Source: Mycobacterium phage IPhane7
Sequence record: MH697587.1
Length of the DNA: 24,000 nucleotides
Strand: one strand, 5' to 3'
The notes below the pieces were generated by a model. It ran no database searches and was not told the origin of the DNA. It saw only the letters and a list, made by a program, of their open reading frames with translations. How positions within the stretch are numbered: position 1 is the first letter of the stretch; the number at the start of each line of letters is the position of its first letter. The translations under genes were made by a program, and so were the position numbers. Below, one piece after another: positions 15,895 to 23,170 of this stretch.

Positions 15895-16259
15895 AGGCCT
15901 TGGTCTGGGTTCGAATCCCAGTGTGATTGAAGTGGATTCACGGATGTGCACCCGTGTCTACGCTCCGGTGGGTAGCTCCCAGCCGCGTTCACATGGTGTA
16001 AATGGCAAGCACAGGGCCTGTAAACCGGTTTCCCATCTCCGACCAAAGGATGGGTGGTGGAAACGAACTGGGTCTTAGGCAACCCCGTTCAGTCCTCGGC
16101 GTCCCAGTCCGTCGTCACCCAGACTGGGTAAGCCTAAGTGCCTGCCACAGAGCTAACCCGTGAGGTCGGGAGAATCTGGGCACGCTTGACAGCGGAGCGG
16201 GAGACTGCGAAAGGTGTCCGTCCTAGCCCTGGTATCGACGTTAAATATCCAGGGACTCT

Positions 16260-16330
16260 TGGCCTGTCGGTTAACGGCAAACCAGCGCCCTGTTAAGGCG
16301 TGACTCCTGGTTCGAATCCAGGTAGGCCAG
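16260..16330 (+). tRNA. tRNA-Asn(GTT)
   Basis: Acceptor TGGCCTG/TAGGCCA, D-arm GGTT/AACC, anticodon arm GCGCC-CTGTTAA-GGCGT, T-arm CCTGG-TTCGAAT-CCAGG. Confidence 0.92.
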
Positions 16331-16332
16331 CA

Positions 16333-16420
16333 TTTGGGGCATGGCCCATAAGCTGAGGTGACTCAGTGAAAGGTGAGGGTGACTCCTCGCCGCCCGCAAG
16401 GGTTCCCCATGCAATCCAAA
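16333..16420 (+). ncRNA. unidentified structured RNA element (nested and branched helices)
   Basis: TTTGG/CCAAA, GCATGG/CCATGC, CTGAG-GTGA-CTCAG, GGTGAGG-gtgact-CCTCGCC and CCC-GCAA-GGG, in consistent nested order. Confidence 0.4.
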
Positions 16421-17088
16421 CCTTGAGCAGTCCCCTGTGGGGCTGCCAGGATGCGAGTTCATCGTGTGACCAACGCCAAGTGGTGAGGTCGGGTTCGGTA
16501 CCGTGCCGAAGAGCCAGCGAGTAACGGATGAGCAGCCTGTGGGGCGGAAGGAACTTGAGTCGGAGGCCTGGCAGCCAACGGCGGGTTCCATGACCGATCT
16601 CGCGTGGACGACGGTTCACAATGCGGTTGAGGGAGAGAGTGAGTAGCCCGCCAGGCAAAAGCTCGAGAGGCGTGAAGCATTCTGTAGCTCAAAAGGTTAC
16701 GGAACTTCATGGGGAAGCACGTCTCTAGTCACAACTACCACGCTATTGGTTAGCAAACTGTCCTGAACACAGTTGTAGAGGTTCGACTCCTCACAAAGCA
16801 AAAGCCTTTCCCTGCCGGTAAGCGAAAGCGCCACTAATCCCCGACTGGGAGCAGAATCGGGGCAGGACGAGCCCGCAAGGCGGATCCTGTTTGTAGACGA
16901 GTAGTGCAGCCATGGGACGGCCATCCTAACGGCGAAGCCAAAGTCGCAGAGTAGCTTTCGGCATTACGAGTGGTCAGCGTTACTGACCGGGCGTTGCACG
17001 TACACAGGGGACTGTGTGGACAAGCCGGGAATCCATAATCCGGCGAAAGCGTGTGAAGGAAGGTTTAGTCTCTAGCCCTTTCAACAAT

Positions 17089-17161
17089 CGGAATGTGCGT
17101 CTAACGGCAAGACGAGCTGGCCACGGGCAAGCTGATACAGGTTCGAATCCTGGCTTTCCGG
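17089..17161 (+). tRNA. degenerate or atypical tRNA, apparent anticodon ACG (Arg), C at position 33
   Basis: CGGAATG/CTTTCCG (one mismatch), D-arm CGTC/GACG, GCTGG-CCACGGG-CAAGC (one mismatch), ACAGG-TTCGAAT-CCTGG (one mismatch). Confidence 0.5.
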
Positions 17162-17166
17162 CTCAA

Positions 17167-17243
17167 CCCGTCGCGGATTGGCGACCAACCCTGACTGTAA
17201 ATCAGGCGCTTCGGCTCTGCAGGTTCAACTCCTGACGGCGGGA
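17167..17243 (+). tRNA. tRNA-Tyr(GTA)
   Basis: CCCGTCG/CGGCGGG, CCTGA-CTGTAAA-TCAGG, extended variable region CGCTTCGGC, T-loop TTCAACT. Confidence 0.85.
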
Positions 17244-17247
17244 CGTA

Positions 17248-17319
17248 TGGACTGACGAGGCATTGCGCTCACGGGCTTGCGGCCGTGAGATAGAGCCTTC
17301 GCCCGCAAGGCCAGTCCAA
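17248..17319 (+). tRNA. tRNA-like element, Ala(TGC)-like loop, non-canonical T-loop
   Basis: Perfect acceptor TGGACTG/CAGTCCA, T-arm position GCCTT-CGCCCGC-AAGGC, middle hairpin CTCACGG-gcttgcgg-CCGTGAG. Confidence 0.35.
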
Positions 17320-17412
17320 TGGGTGGCGATTAGAGGGAGGGCCTCGTGCCCGAATCGAAAGTGCCCATCGGCTAGTGGAGAGGTGAGCCGACTGAATTGC
17401 CTTTCCATCATT

Positions 17413-17482
17413 GCTCTCTCGTCTAACTGGCAGGACACCAGAATCTGACTCTGGCAGTTGAGGTTCGAATCCTTGGGGAGCA
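17413..17482 (+). tRNA. tRNA-Gln(CTG)
   Basis: GCTCTCT/GGGGAGC, CCAGA-ATCTGAC-TCTGG, T-loop TTCGAAT, discriminator A. Confidence 0.85.
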
Positions 17483-17487
17483 ACAAT

Positions 17488-17560
17488 CTGGGTGAGGTGT
17501 AAGTGGTTGCATGGCCGGTTTGGATCCGGGCGGTTCGAGGTTCGAGTCCTCGCACCCAGA
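17488..17560 (+). tRNA. tRNA-Pro(TGG)
   Basis: Perfect CTGGGTG/CACCCAG, anticodon loop TTTGGAT, T-arm CGAGG-TTCGAGT-CCTCG. Confidence 0.88.
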
Positions 17561-17601
17561 CGACGAGTTTGCTGGTTTCCTTGGCTACAAAACCAGCGTT
17601 C

Positions 17602-17684
17602 GGAGAGTTCCGCTGAATGGTCGGCAACCGGCGTCGAATACCGGGGCAGGGTGACACCTGGGGGTTCGAGTCCTCAACTCTCCG
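17602..17684 (+). tRNA. tRNA-Ser(CGA), class II
   Basis: Perfect GGAGAGT/ACTCTCC, anticodon loop GTCGAAT, long variable arm with CAGG-gtgaca-CCTG, T-loop TTCGAGT. Confidence 0.85.
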
Positions 17685-17853
17685 CAACGGCCGACCGGTA
17701 GGGGTCTCCCGGTCATTTAGTCAGGTCGCTGCCCAGGCGGGATGCATACCAATCGGGCGGAATTGGGGCCTCAGGACTTAGCGTGGCACCGTCGCGAAGA
17801 GAAAGCCCACTCTGCATGGTCGTCAGGTGGGATACGGCCCTTTACGGTGCGCT

Positions 17854-17939
17854 GGAGAGTGGAACCATCTAGGTGGATGGCCGCGATTGCTAATCGTGGG
17901 GCAGCGTAACGCTGTGTGGATCGTGCCCACTCCTCTCCG
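17854..17939 (+). tRNA. atypical tRNA-Ser(GCT), class II, altered T-loop
   Basis: GGAGAGT/CCTCTCC (one mismatch), CGCGA-TTGCTAA-TCGTG, variable arm CAGCG-taa-CGCTG, T-arm GTGG-ATCGTGC-CCAC. Confidence 0.55.
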
Positions 17940-18047
17940 CAATGAAGAACTAGCTGGCTAGCCATCAGGGTGCCGGTTCAATTCCGGCAGGGAAAACCTG
18001 TGTTCTTCAGGGGGTTTGGTTGGAGTCATGACCGCCACTCCCCACAA

Positions 18048-18122
18048 CGGGTTGTAGCTCAGATTGGTGAGAGCGCTCGGTTGAAACCCGAGAGGCCCCT
18101 GGTTCGAATCCAGGCATCCCGG
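18048..18122 (+). tRNA. tRNA-Phe(GAA)
   Basis: GCTC/GAGC D-arm, CTCGG-TTGAAAC-CCGAG, CCTGG-TTCGAAT-CCAGG; acceptor CGGGTTG/CATCCCG with one T-T mismatch. Confidence 0.9.
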
Positions 18123-18210
18123 CGCACAAGGGAAACCAGACTCGCCCGCTACTGGTGAAAAGCGGGACAGACGGCAGGGGAGGACAAGCCGCAGCGAAAA
18201 CCTCCATTGG

Positions 18211-18281
18211 TGCGCGGTAGTGAAACGGGATCACAAAGGTCTCATAAGCCTTTATTACGGGTTCGAATCCCGTCTGCGCAA
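18211..18281 (+). tRNA. tRNA-Met(CAT) (or Ile2 CAT)
   Basis: TGCGCGG/CTGCGCA, GTGA/TCAC, AAGGT-CTCATAA-GCCTT, ACGGG-TTCGAAT-CCCGT. First base pair T-A argues against an initiator. Confidence 0.88.
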
Positions 18282-18363
18282 CGACGCACACAGGTTCTGC
18301 AAGGGGTAGGTAAAACGGGTCCACGCCCCAGTGGCCCAAACCTGGTGCATTGAAAGGAAATAC

Positions 18364-18525
18364 ATGGCTGAGAAGCTGAAGTCCGGTGTCGCCGCTGCTC
18401 CCATCGTGAAGGCGGTCAACGATCTGATCGAGCAGACCGGCGTGATCGACGTGACGGCGCTGGCCCAGACTGTCGCGGAACTCTCGGGCCGCGTCGAGGA
18501 GCTGGAAGGGGCAGCCGAGGAGTGA
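18364..18525 (+). CDS. 53-aa hypothetical protein embedded in the tRNA array
   Basis: ATG 18364 with GAAAGGAAA RBS; MAEKLKSGVAAAPIVKAVNDLIEQTGVIDVTALAQTVAELSGRVEELEGAAEE. Confidence 0.7.
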   Translation: MAEKLKSGVAAAPIVKAVNDLIEQTGVIDVTALAQTVAELSGRVEELEGAAEE

Positions 18526-18561
18526 CCTTGCCGTCCTGGCCATGACGTGAAACTGGCCGAT

Positions 18562-18633
18562 CCCGCCGCAGCACGACGGACGTGCACCTCGCTACGAACG
18601 AGAAGGCTGCTGGTTCGAATCCAGTCGGTGGGT
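18562..18633 (+). tRNA. tRNA-Arg(ACG)
   Basis: CCCGCCG/CGGTGGG, GCAC/GTGC, anticodon loop CTACGAA, GCTGG-TTCGAAT-CCAGT. Confidence 0.88.
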
Positions 18634-18638
18634 CCATA

Positions 18639-18709
18639 CCTCTTGTAGCTCAATGGTAGAGCGCCGTTTTGTGAGACCGGTGACCTGCGTTCGATTCGCA
18701 GCAGGGGGA
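18639..18709 (+). tRNA. tRNA-His(GTG)
   Basis: CCTCTTG/CAGGGGG, GCTC/GAGC, anticodon loop TTGTGAG, CTGCG-TTCGATT-CGCAG. Confidence 0.88.
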
Positions 18710-18715
18710 CGTTAA

Positions 18716-18787
18716 GGCGGGATGGCTGAGTTAGATAGGCGGCGGGCTGCAACCCCGTTCACGCCGGGGCAGATCCGGCTCTCGTCT
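18716..18787 (+). tRNA. tRNA-Cys(GCA) with non-canonical D- and T-loops
   Basis: GGCGGGA/TCTCGTC (with G-T pairs), GCGGG-CTGCAAC-CCCGT, T-arm GCCGG-GGCAGAT-CCGGC, D-loop AGTTAGAT without GG. Confidence 0.75.
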
Positions 18788-18801
18788 CGAAGGGAGATCC
18801 T

Positions 18802-19059
18802 GTGGGTGTGATGCTCTCTCAGGCCGGTCTGGAGCGCATTGAGCAGGCTTCGGCATGGTTGCGTCAGCAGCCTGAAGTTGAGGCGCGAGAGGGGCAGCTA
18901 GCCGCCATTCTCGAGCACGAGATGCGACTGGCCGGATGGGATGGCACCGGAGATCTGCGGCCGTGGTTCACGCGGTGCATGGAGATCAACATTGCCTTGG
19001 ATCAGGCTCAGGGTCGACCACCGTCGATTCAGGACTGGCCGGGGTATATGGCTCGCTAG
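18802..19059 (+). CDS. 85-aa hypothetical protein whose stop region overlaps a tRNA gene
   Basis: GTG start with GGGAGAT RBS; final codons ATG GCT CGC TAG overlap the tRNA acceptor. Confidence 0.7.
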   Translation: MGVMLSQAGLERIEQASAWLRQQPEVEAREGQLAAILEHEMRLAGWDGTGDLRPWFTRCMEINIALDQAQGRPPSIQDWPGYMAR

Positions 19060-19123
19060 GCAAATTGGAAAAGCCGCCTGATTCAGAATCAGGTGTTTCC
19101 GAGTTCGACTCTCGGGCGAGCTA
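19050..19123 (+). tRNA. tRNA with Leu anticodon CAG but a short (class I) variable loop
   Basis: GGCTCGC/GCGAGCT, GGC/GCC, CCTGA-TTCAGAA-TCAGG, variable TGTTT, CCGAG-TTCGACT-CTCGG, discriminator A. Confidence 0.82.
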
Positions 19124-19173
19124 CGCAAGCTACGCGAAAGCGGTTGTTACTGGTCTGACGACCTGGGAAGTAG

Positions 19174-20136
<963 letters not shown>

Positions 20137-20143
20137 TCCCATC

Positions 20144-20216
20144 GGGACGTTGGTGAAACGGCTATCACCGCACGCTCTTAACGTGTCAGTTCTGGGTTCG
20201 AATCCCAGGCGTCCCA
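20144..20216 (+). tRNA. tRNA-Lys(CTT)
   Basis: GGGACGT/GCGTCCC, GTGA/TCAC, GCACG-CTCTTAA-CGTGT, CTGGG-TTCGAAT-CCCAG. Confidence 0.92.
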
Positions 20217-20217
20217 C

Positions 20218-20292
20218 TTGGCTATGGTGAAGTAGTGATCACGTCGACCTGATAAGTCGGAGTTCTGGGGGCAGTACCCGGTAGCCATACCA
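20218..20292 (+). tRNA. tRNA-Ile(GAT) with non-canonical D- and T-loops and an encoded CCA
   Basis: TTGGCTA/TAGCCAT, GTGA-AGTAGTGA-TCAC, TCGAC-CTGATAA-GTCGG, T-arm CTGGG-GGCAGTA-CCCGG, then A + CCA (20289..20292). Confidence 0.75.
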
Positions 20293-20339
20293 CTTGAGGC
20301 CATCTGTCTGCAGCACCTCGTTAAAAACGCTGCGCCACC

Positions 20340-20414
20340 GGGGCATTCATCTAGTCAGGCTCAGGATGCGACGCTTCCAACGTCGTCACGAGGGTTCGAA
20401 TCCTTCATGCCTCA
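20340..20414 (+). tRNA. tRNA-Gly(TCC)
   Basis: GGGGCAT/ATGCCTC, CGACG-CTTCCAA-CGTCG, GAGGG-TTCGAAT-CCTTC. Confidence 0.92.
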
Positions 20415-20419
20415 CTCAA

Positions 20420-20491
20420 TCCGGATTAGCTCAGTGGAAGAGCGGCAGGTTTACACCCTGCGCGTGGGGAGTTCGATTCTCTCATCCGGAA
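20420..20491 (+). tRNA. tRNA-Val(TAC)
   Basis: Perfect TCCGGAT/ATCCGGA, GCTC/GAGC, GCAGG-TTTACAC-CCTGC, T-loop TTCGATT. Confidence 0.94.
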
Positions 20492-20495
20492 CTCT

Positions 20496-20567
20496 GCCGG
20501 TATAGCTCAGTGGCTAGAGCACCTGTCTAGTAAACAGGAGACCAGGGTTCGATTCCCTGTTCCGGCT
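20496..20567 (+). tRNA. tRNA-Thr(AGT)
   Basis: GCCGGTA/TTCCGGC (one mismatch), GCTC/GAGC, CCTGT-CTAGTAA-ACAGG, T-loop TTCGATT. Confidence 0.9.
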
Positions 20568-20571
20568 CTCT

Positions 20572-20644
20572 GGGGGTGCATGTTCCTTGGGGGCGACGGA
20601 TCCTTGCAAGATCTGTGCGGTGGGTTCGATTCCCATCATCTCCA
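20572..20644 (+). tRNA. tRNA-Ala(TGC)
   Basis: GGGGGTG/CATCTCC, GGATC-CTTGCAA-GATCT, GTGGG-TTCGATT-CCCAT. Confidence 0.88.
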
Positions 20645-20648
20645 CAAT

Positions 20649-20678
20649 CACAATAGGTCTCTCATCGGACCTATTGTG
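20649..20678 (+). repeat. perfect 11-bp inverted repeat between tRNA genes
   Basis: CACAATAGGTC-tctcatcg-GACCTATTGTG. Confidence 0.8.
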
Positions 20679-20682
20679 CAAT

Positions 20683-20755
20683 CCCGCCATCATCTAGCGG
20701 CCCAGGATGCCGCCCTGTCGAGGCGGTCACACGGGTTCAAATCCCGTTGGCGGGA
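20683..20755 (+). tRNA. tRNA-Asp(GTC)
   Basis: Perfect CCCGCCA/TGGCGGG, CCGCC-CTGTCGA-GGCGG, ACGGG-TTCAAAT-CCCGT. Confidence 0.94.
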
Positions 20756-20759
20756 CCAT

Positions 20760-20830
20760 GGTTCATTGGTGTAACGGCAGCATGTCACCCTCTCAAGGTG
20801 AAGGCAGGGGTTCAACTCCCCTATGAACTG
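20760..20830 (+). tRNA. tRNA-Glu(CTC)
   Basis: GGTTCAT/ATGAACT, TCACC-CTCTCAA-GGTGA, AGGGG-TTCAACT-CCCCT. Confidence 0.92.
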
Positions 20831-20834
20831 CGTT

Positions 20835-20872
20835 GACCCTCAACAGGTTTCGACCTGTTGGGGGTCTTTTTT
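20835..20872 (+). terminator. strong intrinsic terminator ending the RNA array
   Basis: GACCCTCAACAGGT-ttcg-ACCTGTTGGGGGTC followed by TTTTTT. Confidence 0.95.
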
Positions 20873-20925
20873 ATGTCAAAACACCTTCTGACCTGCGATT
20901 ACAGAACCGGGCCATACTTCTTGCC

Positions 20926-20994
20926 GTGAGTGTGATTGCCCTCCTGATCAGCCTCCTGCTGTTCGGCCTGGCGCTCCTAATCCTCTGTCACTGA
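20926..20994 (+). CDS. possible 22-aa single-pass membrane microprotein (MSVIALLISLLLFGLALLILCH)
   Basis: GTG-to-TGA frame, strongly hydrophobic; just upstream of rtcB. Weak RBS. Confidence 0.35.
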   Translation: MSVIALLISLLLFGLALLILCH

Positions 20995-21004
20995 AGGGAT
21001 TCCA

Positions 21005-22237
21005 TTGACCCCGACTACTTTAGCTCCGAAGATTGTCAACTTCGCTTCGGAGATCGACCAAGCGACGATTGACCAAGCCAAGCAGATCGCGGAGATGCCG
21101 TTCATCTACCCGCACCTGGCGCTGATGCCGGATGCCCACTCGGGCAAGGGATCTGCGGTCGGCACCGTCATCCCCACCAAGGGCGCTGTCATTCCGGCCG
21201 CTGTTGGGGTGGACATCGGCTGCGGCATGATTGCCGTCAAGACGCGGTTCCAGTGGGACGCACTGCACACCGCGAAGGCTGGCGCTCCGGATCTGGCTGC
21301 GCTGCGCCGTCAGATTGAGGCGGCGATTCCGCTGTCTCCCGGCAACTACAACTCGACACTGTCGAAGTTCAGCTTCACACGCAAGAAGCACGAGGAACTG
21401 ATCCAGCTGCAGCAGGAGCTGGACGTGGACCTGTCTCACTCGCCGAAGTGGATGGAGCAGCTCGGCTCGCTCGGCGGCGGCAACCACTTCATCGAGTTGT
21501 GCGTGGACGCCGAGGACAACGTGTGGCTGTTCCTGCACTCCGGTTCTCGCGGAGTCGGCAACAAGATCGCGCAGCGCCACATCAAGGCGGCGCAGGAGTA
21601 CTGCGCACGGAACGCCGCAGGCGGTGGCCCGTGGGCGGATGACTACCGGTTGCCACATCGTGACCTCGCGTTCCTTGAAGAGGGCACTATCGAGTTCGAC
21701 ACGTACATCAAGGAGCTGGAGTGGGCCCAGCGGTTCGCGTACCTGAACCGTGCGGAGATGATGGACCGCTTCGTCCAGGTGTTCGCGTGGTGGCTGGGCG
21801 TCGAGGCTCAGCGTGTCGAGGTGGAGCGCATCAACTGCCACCACAACTACACCGAGAAGGCCTACCTGGCTGGCGAAGAGGTGTGGCTGACCCGCAAGGG
21901 TGCCATCAACGCCACACCCGGGAAGTTGGGCGTGATCCCGGGCTCGATGGGCACCCGGTCGTACGTGGTGCGGGGGAAGGGTTGCAGCGCTGGTTTGCAT
22001 TCTGCGCCCCATGGAGCCGGTCGCCGGTTCTCCCGCACGAAGGCCAAGGAACTGTTCACCAGGGATGACCTGGCCGAGCAGATGCAGGGCATCGAGTGGC
22101 GCGAGGACATCGCCGAGAAGCTGGTCGATGAGATCCCGTCCTGCTACAAGGACATCGACCAGGTCATGGCCGATGCCGAACCGCTGGTGGACGTGGTGAC
22201 AACCCTGCGCCAGGTTCTCAACGTCAAGGGCACCTAG
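21005..22237 (+). CDS. rtcB: RtcB-family 3'-phosphate RNA ligase
   Basis: MPDAHSGKGSAVGTVIPTKGAVIPAAVGVDIGCGM, GSLGGGNHFIEL, LHSGSRGVGNKIA, CHHNYTEK, IPGSMGTRSYVV, SAPHGAGRRFSR. TTG start with GAAGGGA RBS. Confidence 0.96.
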   Translation: MTPTTLAPKIVNFASEIDQATIDQAKQIAEMPFIYPHLALMPDAHSGKGSAVGTVIPTKGAVIPAAVGVDIGCGMIAVKTRFQWDALHTAKAGAPDLAALRRQIEAAIPLSPGNYNSTLSKFSFTRKKHEELIQLQQELDVDLSHSPKWMEQLGSLGGGNHFIELCVDAEDNVWLFLHSGSRGVGNKIAQRHIKAAQEYCARNAAGGGPWADDYRLPHRDLAFLEEGTIEFDTYIKELEWAQRFAYLNRAEMMDRFVQVFAWWLGVEAQRVEVERINCHHNYTEKAYLAGEEVWLTRKGAINATPGKLGVIPGSMGTRSYVVRGKGCSAGLHSAPHGAGRRFSRTKAKELFTRDDLAEQMQGIEWREDIAEKLVDEIPSCYKDIDQVMADAEPLVDVVTTLRQVLNVKGT

Positions 22238-22270
22238 CCCGAATCATCCACTACTACAAGGGAGTTGCCT

Positions 22271-23170
22271 ATGAGCTGGCAAATGTGGGCATTCATCGTC
22301 ATCGGCATCATCGGTGTGCTGATCACGGCGGGCGGGTTTCTGGGTTCGCGTGTGGCGACCAAGCAGGCCGACAAGGACGGCATGAAGATGATCGGCGGCT
22401 TCGGCACGCTGGTCATCGCTCTCGGGGCCATCATTTTGGCCACCGGCTGCTTCACCATCGTCGGCACCCGGCAGGTGGGCATCGAGACGGCGTTCAACCG
22501 GCCGACCGGTAAGACGTTCGAGAACGGCCTGAACTTCAAGGCCCCGTGGGCCAGCGTGGTCGAAATGGACGGCGCGATCCAGATCAACAAGTACGAGGGC
22601 GACAACGCTATCCGTGTGCGTCTGGGGAACAACTCGACTGCCGGTGCGGACACGTCGATCCGGTGGCGCATCAAGCAGGATGCGGCTGACGAGCTGTTCG
22701 TTGACTACAAGACGTTCGACAACGTGCGGGTCAACTTGATCGAGCGCAATCTGCAGGTCGCGGAGAACGAGGTTTTCCAGTCGTTCGATCCGCTGGACGC
22801 CGAGTGGGCCGAGGGTGTGCCGCTGCAGCAGTTCGCCGACAAGGCGGCGGCGAAGCTCAAGGATCTGGTCGGTCAGCAGGTGGAGATCATCGACGTGTCG
22901 GTGTCGCGCCTGGACTACGACGAGCAGACCGAGGGCAAGATCAACCAGCTGAACGCGGAGCGGGCCAACACCGCTGTGGCGAAGCAGGCCAAGGACACTG
23001 CCACTGCGCAGGCTGAGGCGAACCGTGAGTTGGCGTCGTCGGTGTCGAACGATCCGAACGTCATCGTGGCGAACTGCATCACCAAGGCGTTGGACAAGGG
23101 CGTGTCCCCGTTCGGTTGTTGGCCGACTGGCGGCGAGATGCTGCTGACCGTCCCAGCACCCGTCAAGTAA
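22271..23170 (+). CDS. SPFH/band-7 domain membrane protein
   Basis: N-terminal membrane segments; VGTRQVGIETAFNRPTGKTFENGLNFKAPW; C-terminal NAERANTAVAKQAKDTATAQAEANR coiled coil. ATG 22271. Confidence 0.88.
   Translation: MSWQMWAFIVIGIIGVLITAGGFLGSRVATKQADKDGMKMIGGFGTLVIALGAIILATGCFTIVGTRQVGIETAFNRPTGKTFENGLNFKAPWASVVEMDGAIQINKYEGDNAIRVRLGNNSTAGADTSIRWRIKQDAADELFVDYKTFDNVRVNLIERNLQVAENEVFQSFDPLDAEWAEGVPLQQFADKAAAKLKDLVGQQVEIIDVSVSRLDYDEQTEGKINQLNAERANTAVAKQAKDTATAQAEANRELASSVSNDPNVIVANCITKALDKGVSPFGCWPTGGEMLLTVPAPVK

Noticed and set aside
15900-15925. CTGGGTTCGAATCCCAG as part of a normal tRNA
   Set aside because: It lies only about 12 nt after the tmRNA 3' end, with no acceptor partner or anticodon arm, so it is reported only as an orphan T-arm.
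15895-16259. Group I intron inside a tRNA
   Set aside because: I could not identify convincing P7/P3 core segments or an exon junction restoring a cloverleaf; it remains testable with a covariance model.
16740-16800. Calling 16740..16800 a tRNA (anticodon-like TGA)
   Set aside because: Acceptor halves do not pair, the loop has C at 33, and a Ser tRNA would need a long variable arm.
16271-17687. Minus-strand ORFs across the tRNA array (16271..16591, 16293..16658, 17202..17687)
   Set aside because: They cross tRNA genes; segments such as 'LPGFEPGVTP' and 'GLEPRTARIQ' are the antisense translation of T-arms (GGTTCGAATCC), a well-known false-protein artefact.
20897-20904. GATTACAG as a fourth, minus-strand copy of the TGTAATC element
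   Set aside because: Only 8 nt match the motif, which is expected about once by chance in a 24 kb window on both strands.
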